Positions 1 to 10,069 of a DNA stretch of 64,000 nucleotides are shown here, in pieces (within the stretch, counting starts at the first letter, position 1; every line of letters starts with the position of its first letter). The position numbers and the translations under genes were made by a program. The stretch lies in contig JBBSFH010000003.1 in NCBI GenBank assembly GCA_038238915.1, positions 105,294-169,293 of the forward strand. The letters are read 5' to 3'. A model generated the notes under the pieces. That model saw only the letters and a program-made list of their open reading frames with translations, made no database searches and had not been told where the DNA came from. The DNA comes from Sphingomonadales bacterium. Its GTDB lineage: Bacteria > Pseudomonadota > Alphaproteobacteria > Sphingomonadales > Sphingomonadaceae.

Positions 1-3000
1 ATCCAGACCATGCGGGGCCGCGTGGCGGCGGCCCGAGAGGATCGTAGCGGTCATGGCACGGCGGAAGCGGATACGGCGCACCGCCCCGTCGCCGCCGCGC
101 CATTGCCCGTCACCGCCCGAACCGCGACGGACGGCGAATTCTTCGAGCATCACCGGAAAGCGCGTCTCCAGGATCTCGGGATCGGTCATCCGGCTGTTGG
201 TCATGTGCGTCTGCACCGCGTCGGCCCCTTCAAAGCCCGGACCCGCACCCGCGCCGCCGCAGATCGTCTCATAATATTGGTGCTCTGCATCGCCGAAGGT
301 GAGATTGCTCATCGTTCCCGCCGATGCAGCCATGGCACCGAACGCGCCGAGCAATGCATCGGTGACGATCTGGCTGACCTCGACATTGCCCGCGACCACT
401 GCTGCGGGCGGGCGCGGGTTGAGCAACGATCCCTCGGGCACGATCAGATCGACCGGTCGCAGAAACCCGTCGTTCAGTGGAACATCCTCGCCGACGAGCA
501 GCCGCAGCACATAGAGCACCGCTGCGCGTGTGACCGCGAGCGGGGCATTGAAGCTGCCCGGGCGTTGCGGCGCGGTGCCGCCGAAATCGATCGTGAGCCG
601 CCGCCGGGTCCGATCGACGCGCAGCGCGACCCGCACCTCAGCGCCATCGTCGAGTGCGCAGGCAAAGGCCCCGTCCTTCAGTGTCGCGGTGAGGCGCGCC
701 ACTGCCTCGGCTGCCTTGTCCTGCACGTGCGCCATGAACGCCGCGACGGTCTCGGCTCCATGCGTCTGCGCGGCTGCGATCAGTTCGCCCGCACCGCTCG
801 CGCAGGCGGCAAGCTGCGCCTTCAGATCGGCGACATTCTGATCGGGATTGCGCGCGGGCCACGGCCCTGCCGCCAGCGCCGTGCGCAACTCGGCCTCCCG
901 CAAGCTGCCCGCATCGACGACAAGCAAGCCATTGAGCAGCACGCCCTCCTCGTCGAGCGTGGTGCTGCGCGCGGGCATCGAGCCGGGCGCGATCCCGCCC
1001 ACATCGGCGTGATGGCCACGTGCGGCAACGAAGAAGGCCGGTGCTTGGCCGCCCGGCAGGAATACGGGTCGGATCACGGTGATATCGGGCAGGTGCGTGC
1101 CACCGCGATAGGGGTTGTTGAGGGCCCACGCATCGCCATCGCGCGCGGGCGCAGCCACCATGACCGCGCGCACGCTGTCACCCATCGAGCCAAGGTGAAC
1201 CGGGATGTGCGGCGCATTGGCGACAAGCGCGCCCGCCCCATCGAAAATCGCGCACGAAAAGTCGAGCCTTTCCCGGATGTTGACCGAGCGGGCCGAGAGC
1301 TGGAGCGAGGTGCCCATGCGCTCAGCGATGGCCATGAACAGGCTCTGCATCAGCGCGAGGCGTACCGGATCGGCATCGACCTCCGCACCTGCGCGCGCGC
1401 GGACGATGGGTGTGGCGCGGGCCAGCATAAGCTCGCCGTGCGGTTCCACGTGCGCGTGCCAACCGGGCTCGATGACGGTGGTCGCAGACGCATCCACGAC
1501 GATCGCCGGACCCTCGATCGTCGCGCCCGCGCCGAGATCCTCGCGCCGGTAAATGGGGGTGGAATGCCGGCGACCGTCCATTCGTACCTGCGCGCGCGCA
1601 GCCTCGCGGAGCGGACCCTGCTGCGGCGGCAGTTCGGGCGGCGCATAGTCCGCGCCAAGCGCACGGCCTACCGCTTCGACGACGAGCCGGTCGAGCACGA
1701 TCGCCGCCTCGGGCGTGATGAAACCGAACCGGCGGCCATGTTCGGCCTCGAAGGCGGTTCGCATCGTGGACGCATCGGCGAGGGGAACATCGAAGCCCCG
1801 GTCGCCTTGCGCGTAGCGGACGTGCGCAGTCGCGGTCAGCGTCACCTCACCGACCGGTACGCCCTGGTCATCCAGCGCCGAGCGCGCGGCATCACCCAAT
1901 GTCCGCGCCGTGGCAGCGGCGCGTGCTGCTGTATCGGCGGCAAAAGCCCATCCGAGCGTTAACGCGCGTGTCACGGTCACGTCCGCCAGACCCATGCCGA
2001 GCGCGGAGAGCACACCCGCCAGCGGATGGATCAACACGCGCGCGATGGCGAGCGCGTCCGCGACGAGGCAGGCGTGTTGGCCGCCCGCGCCGCCGAAGGA
2101 GATCAGCGTGTACTCGGCCGGGTCGTGGCCGCGCTCGGTCGAAATGCGGCGGATCGCGCGCGCCATCGTGTCGACGGCGATGGTGACCAGGCCTTCGGCT
2201 AGGTCTTCGGAGGCAAGGCATTGGCCATTGGTGGCCGGAATTTGGGACGCAAGCGCCTGCAAAACCGTGCGGCTGGCGTCGGGATCGATTTGCTGGTTGC
2301 CGTTTTCACCGAATACGGCCGGAAAAAAATCGGGCCGGATCTTGCCGAGCAACACGTTGCAATCGGTCACCGTCGCCGGGCCGCCGCGACGGTAGCAAGC
2401 GGGGCCGGGGTCCGAACCCGCCGAGGCGGGACCGACCGCAAGGCCGCCGCCCACGACCGAGCAGACCGAGCCGCCTCCCGCCGCGACGGTATGGATGGAG
2501 AGCATCGGCGCGGCGATGCGCACGCCCGCGATTTCGGTCTCGAACTGGCGCTCGTAGCTGCCCGCATAGAGCGACACGTCGGTCGAGGTGCCCCCCATGT
2601 CGAAACCGATCAGCTTTGTCAGGCCGAGTGCGGTGGCGGTGCGCGCCATACCGACGATACCGCCCGCGGGGCCCGAAAGGATTGCGTCCTTGCCCCGGAA
2701 GCGATCGGCGGCGACGAGACCACCTGCAGACTGCATGAAGAACAGCCGCGCCTCGTGGCCGAGGCCCTCGCGGACCGCATCGACGTAGCGGCGCAGACCG
2801 GGCGAAAGATAGGCGTCCGCTACGGTGGTCTCGGCGCGCGCAATCAGGCGCTGCGTCGCCGAGACCTCGTGGCTCGCGGACACCTGCGCGAAGCCGAGTT
2901 CGTGCGCGATCGTCGCGAGGCGCGCCTCATGATCTGGGCGCAGCCAGCCGTGCATCAACGCGATCGCGACCGACGCAAACCCCGCCTCGCGGGCCTTGGC

Positions 3001-3432
3001 GAGCGCCGCTCGCGCGCCCGCCTCGTCGAGCGCGATCAGCACCTCGCCCTCGGCGGTGATACGCTCGTCCACCTCGATCACGGTGGCGGCGAGCGGCGGC
3101 GGCTTGACGATGGCGCGCGCGAAAATATCGGGCCGCGCCTGATTGCCGATGATCAGCGCGTCGCCGAAGCCGCGCGTGGTGACGAAGACGGTGGGTTCGC
3201 CGGTGCGCGTCAGCAGCGCGTTGGTGGCGACGGTGGTGCCGATTTTGACGAGCGGCGGCCCTGCATCGATGCCGCCGAGCGCACGCACGCCCGCAACTGC
3301 TGCATCGGCATACCGCGCCGGATCGTGACTGAGCAGTTTGAGCGTGCGGATCGTGCCATCGGGGGCGCGGGCGACGATATCGGTGAAGGTGCCGCCGCGA
3401 TCGATCCAATATTCCGCGCTGCCGTCCCCCAT
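1..3432 (-). CDS. 5-oxoprolinase / N-methylhydantoinase (fused hydantoinase A + hydantoinase B); C-terminus cut by window edge
   Basis: Hand translation of the minus strand from the ATG (plus 'cat' 3430-3432) gives MGDGSAEYWIDRGGTFTDIVARAPDGTIRTLKLLSHDP... It later shows GFDMGGTSTDVSLYAGS (hydantoinase A block) and NNPYRGGTHLPDITVIRPVF (hydantoinase B block). The frame stays open to nt 1, so there is no in-window stop and the ORF track omits it. All listed minus ORFs in 1-3600 lie in the other two frames. Confidence 0.85.
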   Translation of the reverse strand, partial: MGDGSAEYWIDRGGTFTDIVARAPDGTIRTLKLLSHDPARYADAAVAGVRALGGIDAGPPLVKIGTTVATNALLTRTGEPTVFVTTRGFGDALIIGNQARPDIFARAIVKPPPLAATVIEVDERITAEGEVLIALDEAGARAALAKAREAGFASVAIALMHGWLRPDHEARLATIAHELGFAQVSASHEVSATQRLIARAETTVADAYLSPGLRRYVDAVREGLGHEARLFFMQSAGGLVAADRFRGKDAILSGPAGGIVGMARTATALGLTKLIGFDMGGTSTDVSLYAGSYERQFETEIAGVRIAAPMLSIHTVAAGGGSVCSVVGGGLAVGPASAGSDPGPACYRRGGPATVTDCNVLLGKIRPDFFPAVFGENGNQQIDPDASRTVLQALASQIPATNGQCLASEDLAEGLVTIAVDTMARAIRRISTERGHDPAEYTLISFGGAGGQHACLVADALAIARVLIHPLAGVLSALGMGLADVTVTRALTLGWAFAADTAARAAATARTLGDAARSALDDQGVPVGEVTLTATAHVRYAQGDRGFDVPLADASTMRTAFEAEHGRRFGFITPEAAIVLDRLVVEAVGRALGADYAPPELPPQQGPLREAARAQVRMDGRRHSTPIYRREDLGAGATIEGPAIVVDASATTVIEPGWHAHVEPHGELMLARATPIVRARAGAEVDADPVRLALMQSLFMAIAERMGTSLQLSARSVNIRERLDFSCAIFDGAGALVANAPHIPVHLGSMGDSVRAVMVAAPARDGDAWALNNPYRGGTHLPDITVIRPVFLPGGQAPAFFVAARGHHADVGGIAPGSMPARSTTLDEEGVLLNGLLVVDAGSLREAELRTALAAGPWPARNPDQNVADLKAQLAACASGAGELIAAAQTHGAETVAAFMAHVQDKAAEAVARLTATLKDGAFACALDDGAEVRVALRVDRTRRRLTIDFGGTAPQRPGSFNAPLAVTRAAVLYVLRLLVGEDVPLNDGFLRPVDLIVPEGSLLNPRPPAAVVAGNVEVSQIVTDALLGAFGAMAASAGTMSNLTFGDAEHQYYETICGGAGAGPGFEGADAVQTHMTNSRMTDPEILETRFPVMLEEFAVRRGSGGDGQWRGGDGAVRRIRFRRAMTATILSGRRHAAPHGLD

Positions 3433-3528
3433 CCGTTCCAACCCGTGTGCGTAAGCGGGCGTTGTCGCGGGTCGCCGATCGGATGGCAAGCGCCGCGGGT
3501 GCGCCTCCGCCGCTGCATGAACGCCAGA

Positions 3529-3573
3529 GCAGGGCAGGGGCTGGCTTGGCCTGAGGGGTTACTCCACAGCACC
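3529..3573 (+). repeat. Intergenic repeat family, copy 0 (most diverged)
   Basis: gcAGGGCAGGGGCTGGCTTGGCCTGAGGGGTTACTCCACAGCACCG. It shares the 5' box (CAGGG..GGGGCTG) and the 3' box (GTTA.C..ACAGCACC) with the copies at 34.3, 36.1, 38.1 and 48.1 kb. Confidence 0.5.
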
Positions 3574-3823
3574 GTTGCCAAGACCTGCGGCTCATTTATA
3601 CGACCACGCTTCGGGTGTTAAGCGCGCAGCATGGCGTGTCGTAAGCGAAGGGACGCCAAGCGATGGAAGCGATCTTGCACGATCCCCTCGCCGGTTCGCT
3701 CGGCGCGGGCCCGCCGTGGGCGAAAGGCGCACGTTGGCCCTCGTCCGCCATCATCGAGGGTCGCGCGCAGCAGTGCCTGGTCGTTTCGGGCCGGATTTGG
3801 GCCAGCCGCGTGAGCGTACTGCC

Positions 3824-4558
3824 ATGATCTCGGCCGATGCTGCAGGACGCCGTGTCGCGCTTGGCCGCAATCTCACGCACGGGATGCTCGATGCGCTTGG
3901 GCGCGCGATCGTGATCGGCGACTATACCGGCCGCACCTTCCCCACCGAGGCCGAACTCGCGCGCGAGCATGGCGTCAGCCGCTCGGTCACGCGCGAGGCG
4001 GTCAAGATGTTGACCGCGAAGGGTTTGCTCAGCGCCCGCCCGCGCCAGGGAACCGTAGTCGAACCTCAGACGCGCTGGAATTTGTTCGATACTGACGTGC
4101 TGCGCTGGCTTCTGGAGCGCAAATTCTCGCTCCAACTCTTGCGCCACTTCTCGGAACTTCGGATCGCAATCGAACCGCAGGCGGCCGCGATTGCCGCGCG
4201 CGATGCCAACGCGGACGCGCTCGCTGCGATCCGGCGCGGGCTCGAACGGATGCGCGCCGCAGACGCGGGCGCGGACGATTCGCTTGAATCGGACATCGCG
4301 TTTCACGTGGCTGTCCTTCGCGCGTCCGCCAACCCGTTCTACGAACAGTTCCAGAGTGTGGTCGCAACCGCGCTGCAAACCTCGATCCGTTTCACCAATC
4401 GCTTCAAGGGTCGCAGCGCCAGCCTCCCCGCGCACGAGGCGGTCGAGCGCGCGATCGCTGCACGCGATCCCGCCGCCGCGCACGCGGCGATGGTGGCCAT
4501 CATCGCCGATGTGCTGATCCTTATCGAAGAGGCGGCACGGTCCGAATACGCCGCCTGA
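3824..4558 (+). CDS. GntR/FadR-family transcriptional regulator
   Basis: In-frame ATG at 3824 inside ORF 3575..4558. Winged-helix block FPTEAELAREHGVSRSVTREAVKMLTAKGLLSARPRQGTVV, followed by an all-helical FadR-type C-terminal domain. The upstream part of the ORF is Arg/Pro-rich and looks non-coding. Confidence 0.85.
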   Translation: MISADAAGRRVALGRNLTHGMLDALGRAIVIGDYTGRTFPTEAELAREHGVSRSVTREAVKMLTAKGLLSARPRQGTVVEPQTRWNLFDTDVLRWLLERKFSLQLLRHFSELRIAIEPQAAAIAARDANADALAAIRRGLERMRAADAGADDSLESDIAFHVAVLRASANPFYEQFQSVVATALQTSIRFTNRFKGRSASLPAHEAVERAIAARDPAAAHAAMVAIIADVLILIEEAARSEYAA

Positions 4559-4730
4559 CCGGGCCGACGATCCAGCGCGGTTGGCGCGCGACCGGTCGGC
4601 ACCGGCTCTCTCTGCACGCCTGTCACGAGAATCCCGAAGATCGTTTGCGCCCATCCGCTCGAAGAAAGCTGGGGATAAGGGAGAGCGGTGCTGCCGGAAC
4701 CTGCTAGACGCTGATCAGGAGGAGTCCGGC

Positions 4731-7511
4731 TTGCCACCAATCTTGTTCGCGCCCCAGCGTCGCCTTCCGCTCTTTCTAGCGCTCGCGCTCGCCGCGGTCT
4801 GGCAGGCGGTATCCGTGTGGCACATTGCACATGGCGCCCCGGTCTATGTGTTCGTGCTCTCGTGGGCCGTTGCGGCACCGCTTGCGCTCGCGCTGATAGC
4901 GCTGGCCTTTCTACCCCAGGCTGGTCGTGGCATCGATCTGGAGGAGGTCGACGAGCGGGTCGAGCAAGTGCGCGGTCGCGTCGAGCAGATGGCTGCGCAG
5001 GCTGAAGCCGTGGCGGCGAGTCTGGGTGAGTTCACCCAACGGGTGCGGACCATTGCCGAGACCGCCGAGCGGCATGGCGAACAGCTGGCCCGCGCCGCGC
5101 GCGCCATCGCCACCGCCAGCGCGGACGCGCAGCGCGGCGCGAGCGGCGCAACGACCGCCGCCGAGGCGCTGGTGGCGACGTTGCCGCGCGTGGCTGAGCA
5201 GACGCGCGAGATCGATGCGACGCTGCGGCGCACCAACGCAGATGCGGAGCAGCAGCTACGCGCGCTCGATACGTTGCTGGGCGCGGTGCGGCTTCAGAAC
5301 AGTGAATCGGTCGCTGCTGCGGACCAGGCCGTGGGCGCGATCGCCCGGCTGCTTACGCACATCAACGAGACTTCCAGGGACGCGACCGGTGCGATTGCCA
5401 AGCGGACGTATGCACTGGATGCGGCGGTCGATGGCGCGCTCGATCGGTCGACTGCGCTTCTGGATCGCGTGCGCGCGCAGACCGACGCGCATCTTGGGGA
5501 GATCGAATCGCGGCTGGAGGCGGCCCGGGCACTCGTGGAGACGATCGGCGTGGAGGGCGTGCGATCGATCTCGCAGCGTCTCGACGTGCTGGTCGGCGGC
5601 GCACAGAAGCTCAAGACGCTGTTCGCGGGGCACGAGGAAGCGAGCGCGGGGCTGCCCGAGCAGTTCGCGGACGCGGCGGGACAGATCGAGACGCGGCTTC
5701 GCGCGATGGACGAGGCGGGCGCGGCCACGGTCGGAGCGTTGAACGCGAGCTTCGGCCGCATCCATGGCGGCCTCGCGGAGCTACGCCTTCCGCTCGAAGC
5801 GGGTCGTACCGCGATCGCGACCTTGGCGGAGCAGGTAGACCAGCTGCGCCGCGCCTCCGACGAAGTGGCGGGCGGGCTGGAGGCACGCCTTCCCGCGACC
5901 GTCGAGCGCATCGACGCGCTGGGGCGAGGCGCTGGCGAGCTTGGCGCACAGGCCGAGGCGCTGCTCAGTGCGCTGGGCCAGGCCGATGGAGCCGCTCGAG
6001 ACGTTGGCCAGCGCGTCGCGCAAGCGCGGCAGGAGACGGCCGCGTTGGGTACGCACGATGCGCAACGGATCGCGGAGCGCTTCGACGCGCTGGATGCGCG
6101 GATCGGCGAAATCGGCGAACGGTTCGGCGGACTGGAAAATCATGGCACGCGCAGCTTCGGCGTGCTCGGCGAGACGATAGACTCCATGCCCATACGCATC
6201 GCAGAGGCTGGTCGCGCGCATGACGGGCTGCTGACTGCAGCGGGCGAGGCGCTTCATGATCATACCGCCTCGGCCGAACAGCGGCTGATGGACATGGCTC
6301 GCTCGGGTGAGACGCTCGGCTCGCGGATGCGCGATCGCATGGCGGCCGAGATCGAGAGGATCGAGACCGATCTTGCCGCAATGCGCGCCTCGGCCGAGGA
6401 AGGGCTGGGAGCCTTAACGGAGGCGATCCGGGGTGCGCATGCGCAGGCGGAGCGGCTTGGCGAGCCAATCGCCGGATCGCATGCGACCGCGGAGCGCGTG
6501 CACGCGCGGCTGACGGACGCGCGGATTGAACTCAGGGAGCTCGGTACGGACCTGGCGGCTCACCTGCCCGCCGCGGCGATACGGCTCGGCGAGATGGAAG
6601 CTGCGGCGCATTCGCTTGGGGACCGCGTGGATGCGCTCACCAGCACCGCCCGCGATGGCGGGCAGGCGATCGGCGCGGTTTCGGATCGGCTTGCGAAGGA
6701 GGCGAATGCGCTGCACGCGGCGACGTCCGTCCTGAGCGACAATTATCGCCAAGCGGCTTCGATGTTCACCGAACTGGGCGAACGCGCGGGAGTGAGCCGG
6801 GACGAGCAGGCTCGCGCCTTCGCCGACCTGTTCGCGCGGCTCCAGGGCTCGGCTGCGGAAACTGTCGAGACGATGCGCAAATCGCTCGCCCATGTTATCG
6901 AGGAGGCCGAAACTGCGCTCGACCGCGCCGGATCGGAGCGCGCCGAGGTGGCCTTCGGCGCGCCGATCCGCCTCCAGATTGCGGCGGTCGAGGCCGCGAC
7001 CGAGCGAGCGAGCGCCGCGACGCAGGCGGCGGCAGAGCGCATCGCGGGCCAGTTGCGGCGCGTATCGGACCATCTCGAAGCCGTGCAGGCCCATGCGGAC
7101 GAGATCGACACGCACATGGACGTCCGCGTGCGCGACAGCCTGTCCGCACAATCGTCCCGTCTGATCGAGCATCTTCAGGCGGCAGCGATCGACGTCGGCA
7201 AGCTGATGGCCGTCGATGCGGACGGCCGTGCGTGGGTGCGCTATCTCAAGGGCGACAAGGGCGTGTTCGCACGTCGGCTCGTGGCCACGTTCGACGCGGA
7301 TACGCGCCGCCGCATCGCACGCCACTACACGCACGACGGCGCGTTCAGCGACGAGGCGAACCGCTACATGGATTTCTTCGAGCGGTTGATGCGCCGCGTG
7401 CTGCGCGATCCCGAGGGCGATGCGATCGCCTCGACGATGGTGACCTCGGATCTCGGCAAACTCTACGTCGCGCTCGCACGGGGGGCGGGGCGCTGGGAAC
7501 CGATGGCCTGA
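4731..7511 (+). CDS. Membrane-anchored long coiled-coil / apolipoprotein-like helical-repeat protein (function unknown)
   Basis: ORF 4581..7511. The likely start is the TTG at 4731, 7-8 nt after AGGAGG. N-terminus has two hydrophobic segments (LPLFLALALAAVWQAV..., VYVFVLSWAVAAPLALALIALAFL). About 750 aa of Ala/Glu/Arg/Leu-rich helical repeats follow, then a globular-looking tail (...WVRYLKGDKGVFARRLV...YMDFFERLMRRVL...). Confidence 0.6.
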   Translation: MPPILFAPQRRLPLFLALALAAVWQAVSVWHIAHGAPVYVFVLSWAVAAPLALALIALAFLPQAGRGIDLEEVDERVEQVRGRVEQMAAQAEAVAASLGEFTQRVRTIAETAERHGEQLARAARAIATASADAQRGASGATTAAEALVATLPRVAEQTREIDATLRRTNADAEQQLRALDTLLGAVRLQNSESVAAADQAVGAIARLLTHINETSRDATGAIAKRTYALDAAVDGALDRSTALLDRVRAQTDAHLGEIESRLEAARALVETIGVEGVRSISQRLDVLVGGAQKLKTLFAGHEEASAGLPEQFADAAGQIETRLRAMDEAGAATVGALNASFGRIHGGLAELRLPLEAGRTAIATLAEQVDQLRRASDEVAGGLEARLPATVERIDALGRGAGELGAQAEALLSALGQADGAARDVGQRVAQARQETAALGTHDAQRIAERFDALDARIGEIGERFGGLENHGTRSFGVLGETIDSMPIRIAEAGRAHDGLLTAAGEALHDHTASAEQRLMDMARSGETLGSRMRDRMAAEIERIETDLAAMRASAEEGLGALTEAIRGAHAQAERLGEPIAGSHATAERVHARLTDARIELRELGTDLAAHLPAAAIRLGEMEAAAHSLGDRVDALTSTARDGGQAIGAVSDRLAKEANALHAATSVLSDNYRQAASMFTELGERAGVSRDEQARAFADLFARLQGSAAETVETMRKSLAHVIEEAETALDRAGSERAEVAFGAPIRLQIAAVEAATERASAATQAAAERIAGQLRRVSDHLEAVQAHADEIDTHMDVRVRDSLSAQSSRLIEHLQAAAIDVGKLMAVDADGRAWVRYLKGDKGVFARRLVATFDADTRRRIARHYTHDGAFSDEANRYMDFFERLMRRVLRDPEGDAIASTMVTSDLGKLYVALARGAGRWEPMA

Positions 7512-7521
7512 GCCCTCGCCA

Positions 7522-8010
7522 TCAGCCAAGCGGAACGCGGAACGTCAGCGCCCACCAGACTACGCCCGCCGCGATCGCAACCGCGTAGGGCAGCGCCTCT
7601 CCCTCGCGCGCGAGGCGCGGGCGGCTCGCGTCGTCCCGCGATGCGAACGCGAGGCGCCGCAGGAGGTTGAGCAAGAGAACAAGCACACCCCCGGCAAGCG
7701 CGACGCCGAGGAGGAGAACGGGAAGCTGTCTGAGCCCCGTCCACAAGGCGAGCGCGGTCATCAGCTTGACGTCTCCCCCGCCGAGCCAGCCGTGCGAGAA
7801 AGCGAACAGGCCAAAGCCGAACATCAGCGCGGGCGCCGCCAGGTGCGACCGCCATCCGAACCCGGGCATGAGCAGCCCGTCCACCACTGCTGCGAGCGCG
7901 ATCAGGACCGAAAGCCAATCGGGAATCTCATAGCGCCGCAGATCGGATGCCGCCGCGGCGAGTACGGCCGCGAACGCGATCAGTTCGGGCAGGTGACGAA
8001 GCGCGCTCAA
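7522..8010 (-). CDS. cpaA: Type IV prepilin (Flp) peptidase, A24 family, CpaA/TadV
   Basis: 162-aa polytopic membrane protein. The two catalytic-Asp contexts are LRRYEIPDW and GGGDVKLMTAL. It is the last gene of the tad operon. Confidence 0.85.
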   Translation of the reverse strand: MSALRHLPELIAFAAVLAAAASDLRRYEIPDWLSVLIALAAVVDGLLMPGFGWRSHLAAPALMFGFGLFAFSHGWLGGGDVKLMTALALWTGLRQLPVLLLGVALAGGVLVLLLNLLRRLAFASRDDASRPRLAREGEALPYAVAIAAGVVWWALTFRVPLG

Positions 8011-8915
8011 CGCCCGGGCGCATTCTCGCCACTAAGACGACCCGTCAGGTTCTTGAGATAGATAAGGTTGTTCCACGCGGTCCGGTCGAACGCGGGGCTG
8101 AGTTCCATTGCGCGATTGAAGTAGCCTTCGGCCGCCGCATAGTCGCCGCGTGCCATCGCCGCGAAGCCGATCGTGTTGAGATCGCGCGCGAGTGTGGTGC
8201 GGTTCGATCCCTTGAAGGCGGCTTTATAGTCGCCTTGTAACGCGAGCGTCAGACGAAGGTTGGTCTGAGCGGATTCGAGTCCGGGATGAACTACGAGCGC
8301 TGCACGCAGATCCTCGGCTGCCTCGGCATAGTTCCCGCGCAGCAGTCGTGAATAGCCCCGATTGGCAAGCGCGCTCTCCGAATCGGGAACAAGCGCGAGC
8401 GCATGACCATAGGCGCGATCGGCGGCGGACCAGTTGCGAGTGCGATCCGCGGCAACTCCAAGCGCGGTCCATGCGCGCACGAGCTTCGGATCGCCCGCGA
8501 CCGCCGCATTGAGGGCATGGATCGCGGCCACATCATGCCCACGCCGCAGCTCGGCGATCCCAAACCCCTGCAGCGCGCGCGCGCCGACCTGCGGCTCGGC
8601 CTCCAAATGCGCGAAGGTCGAGGCAGCTTCGTCGAGCTGATCCGACGCGAGCGCGCATTCGCCAAGACGCAGTGCCAGCTCCACCTCTGGGGCGTGAAGG
8701 TGTGCGCCATCGATCAGTGCTCGCGCCGCGCTCACGCGGTTGTCGTGCAGCGCGGCATCGATCAGAGAGAGCGGATCGGCGGCGTGAGCGGACAGCGCGC
8801 TGACCAAAGGCGCGATCGCTGCGGGCGGTGCGTTCGCGGTTGCGCCCGGCGCGGCGGCAGCCACCCCCGCAACAACCACGAGCGCCGCCGCCAGCCATGT
8901 GCGCACGGTGATCAT
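8007..8915 (-). CDS. TPR-repeat protein with signal peptide (TadD-like pilus assembly factor)
   Basis: Signal peptide MITVRTWLAAALVVVAGVAAAAPGATA. Repeated 34-aa TPR-like units (e.g. AWTALGVAADRTRNWSAADRAYGHALALVP, ALANRGYSRLLRGNYAEAAEDLRAAL). 4-nt overlaps with both neighbours. Confidence 0.7.
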   Translation of the reverse strand: MITVRTWLAAALVVVAGVAAAAPGATANAPPAAIAPLVSALSAHAADPLSLIDAALHDNRVSAARALIDGAHLHAPEVELALRLGECALASDQLDEAASTFAHLEAEPQVGARALQGFGIAELRRGHDVAAIHALNAAVAGDPKLVRAWTALGVAADRTRNWSAADRAYGHALALVPDSESALANRGYSRLLRGNYAEAAEDLRAALVVHPGLESAQTNLRLTLALQGDYKAAFKGSNRTTLARDLNTIGFAAMARGDYAAAEGYFNRAMELSPAFDRTAWNNLIYLKNLTGRLSGENAPGR

Positions 8916-10066
8916 GCCTGACGTACCATCGCCGCGAACCGCTCGCGTTCGGTCTGCTCACGTGCCGAAAGCCCGGCGCGCACGCGGGTGGCGAAGCGGT
9001 TCAGTTCGTCATCGTCGCTGTCGAACATTCGGACATCGCGCTCGCCAGGCAGCGGCTGCTGCTGCACCCCGGCTGCGGGCGAGACCCACCGCCTTCGAGC
9101 GCCTCCAGTTGCCGCGATCATCGCGACCGATGCAGGCGCGCGCGCCGTAAGCCGTTGACGCGGCGGCATGGCCGGGCTTGGCGAAGATGCTGCGGTGTAA
9201 GTCGGCTGCGCAAACCTTGGCGCCAGGCCGGAGATCGCGAGAGCGATTTCCTCGTTCGACCAGCGCAGAACGCTAGTCGCGGCATCTGCCTGCGCAGAGC
9301 GTACCAAGGTCGGCTCCCGCATCAGCCCTGGCGGCTGCGCCTCCATTCGCCCCACGTTCGCAAGCGCGGTCTTGGCGTTCACCGCAGCCGTGTCGGCGGC
9401 GATCAGGCGTCGGTCATCCGCATCCGACCAGCCGCGTGCAACCACGGTCAATCCCGCCGCCGTCTGTTCGCCGGGCGATCCTTGCGCGGAGGCATGCAAG
9501 ATTAGTCGCTGCTCGCCTTCGCTCGTGCGCTCGACCATCGTGTCGGTTGCCGCATCGGTCGGTTCGGACTCGGCGACGTCCGCGCGGATGGAGGCGATCA
9601 GCTCCAGCGTCCGCTGCGCGGATGCGCGCGCCGCGGGCTGATCGCTGGCCGCCGCGCGTTGGAGCGGTACGCGCGCGGCGGCATAGTCGCCCGTGATCAC
9701 CAGCGCAAAGCCGAGATTGTTGAGCGTGACCGGATCGTCGGGATCGATCAGCAGTGCCGCTTCATAGAAGCCGCGCGATACATCGGGGCGGCCGAGCCGA
9801 TCGTAGCATACCGCCACGCCGTTCAGCGCATCGACCGATCGAGGATCCGCGACCAGTGCCTTGCGGAACGCCGCGAGCGCCTCGGGCACATTTTCAAGCG
9901 CAAGGAGCGATTTTCCCGTCTGATATGCGTCGACGGAGCTCGATCGGGACGCTTCGGTCGCGCTGAAGCGGATATCGATTGGCGGGCCGCGGTGCGCGGA
10001 TGCGCCGCTGGCGTCGAGCAGCAGGAGAACATCGAGCGAGAATGCGAGCGCCGGGGCGGTGCGCAT
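8912..10066 (-). CDS. TPR-repeat protein (Tad-locus associated)
   Basis: N-terminal TPR units (AYQTGKSLLALENVPEALAAFRKALVADPRSVDALNGVAVCYDRLGRPDVSRGFYEAALLIDPDDPVTLNNLGFAL). The C-terminal half is low-complexity. Sits in the operon between tadC and the second TPR gene. Confidence 0.65.
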   Translation of the reverse strand: MRTAPALAFSLDVLLLLDASGASAHRGPPIDIRFSATEASRSSSVDAYQTGKSLLALENVPEALAAFRKALVADPRSVDALNGVAVCYDRLGRPDVSRGFYEAALLIDPDDPVTLNNLGFALVITGDYAAARVPLQRAAASDQPAARASAQRTLELIASIRADVAESEPTDAATDTMVERTSEGEQRLILHASAQGSPGEQTAAGLTVVARGWSDADDRRLIAADTAAVNAKTALANVGRMEAQPPGLMREPTLVRSAQADAATSVLRWSNEEIALAISGLAPRFAQPTYTAASSPSPAMPPRQRLTARAPASVAMIAATGGARRRWVSPAAGVQQQPLPGERDVRMFDSDDDELNRFATRVRAGLSAREQTERERFAAMVRQA

Positions 10067-10069
10067 GGC

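Noticed and set aside
10-3621. Long plus-strand track ORFs 10..1962 (650 aa) and 2221..3621 (466 aa)
   Set aside because: Their translations are Arg/Ala/Gly/His-rich with no recognisable motifs. They lie exactly antisense to a clean, continuous hydantoinase/oxoprolinase reading frame on the minus strand. These are typical high-GC shadow ORFs.
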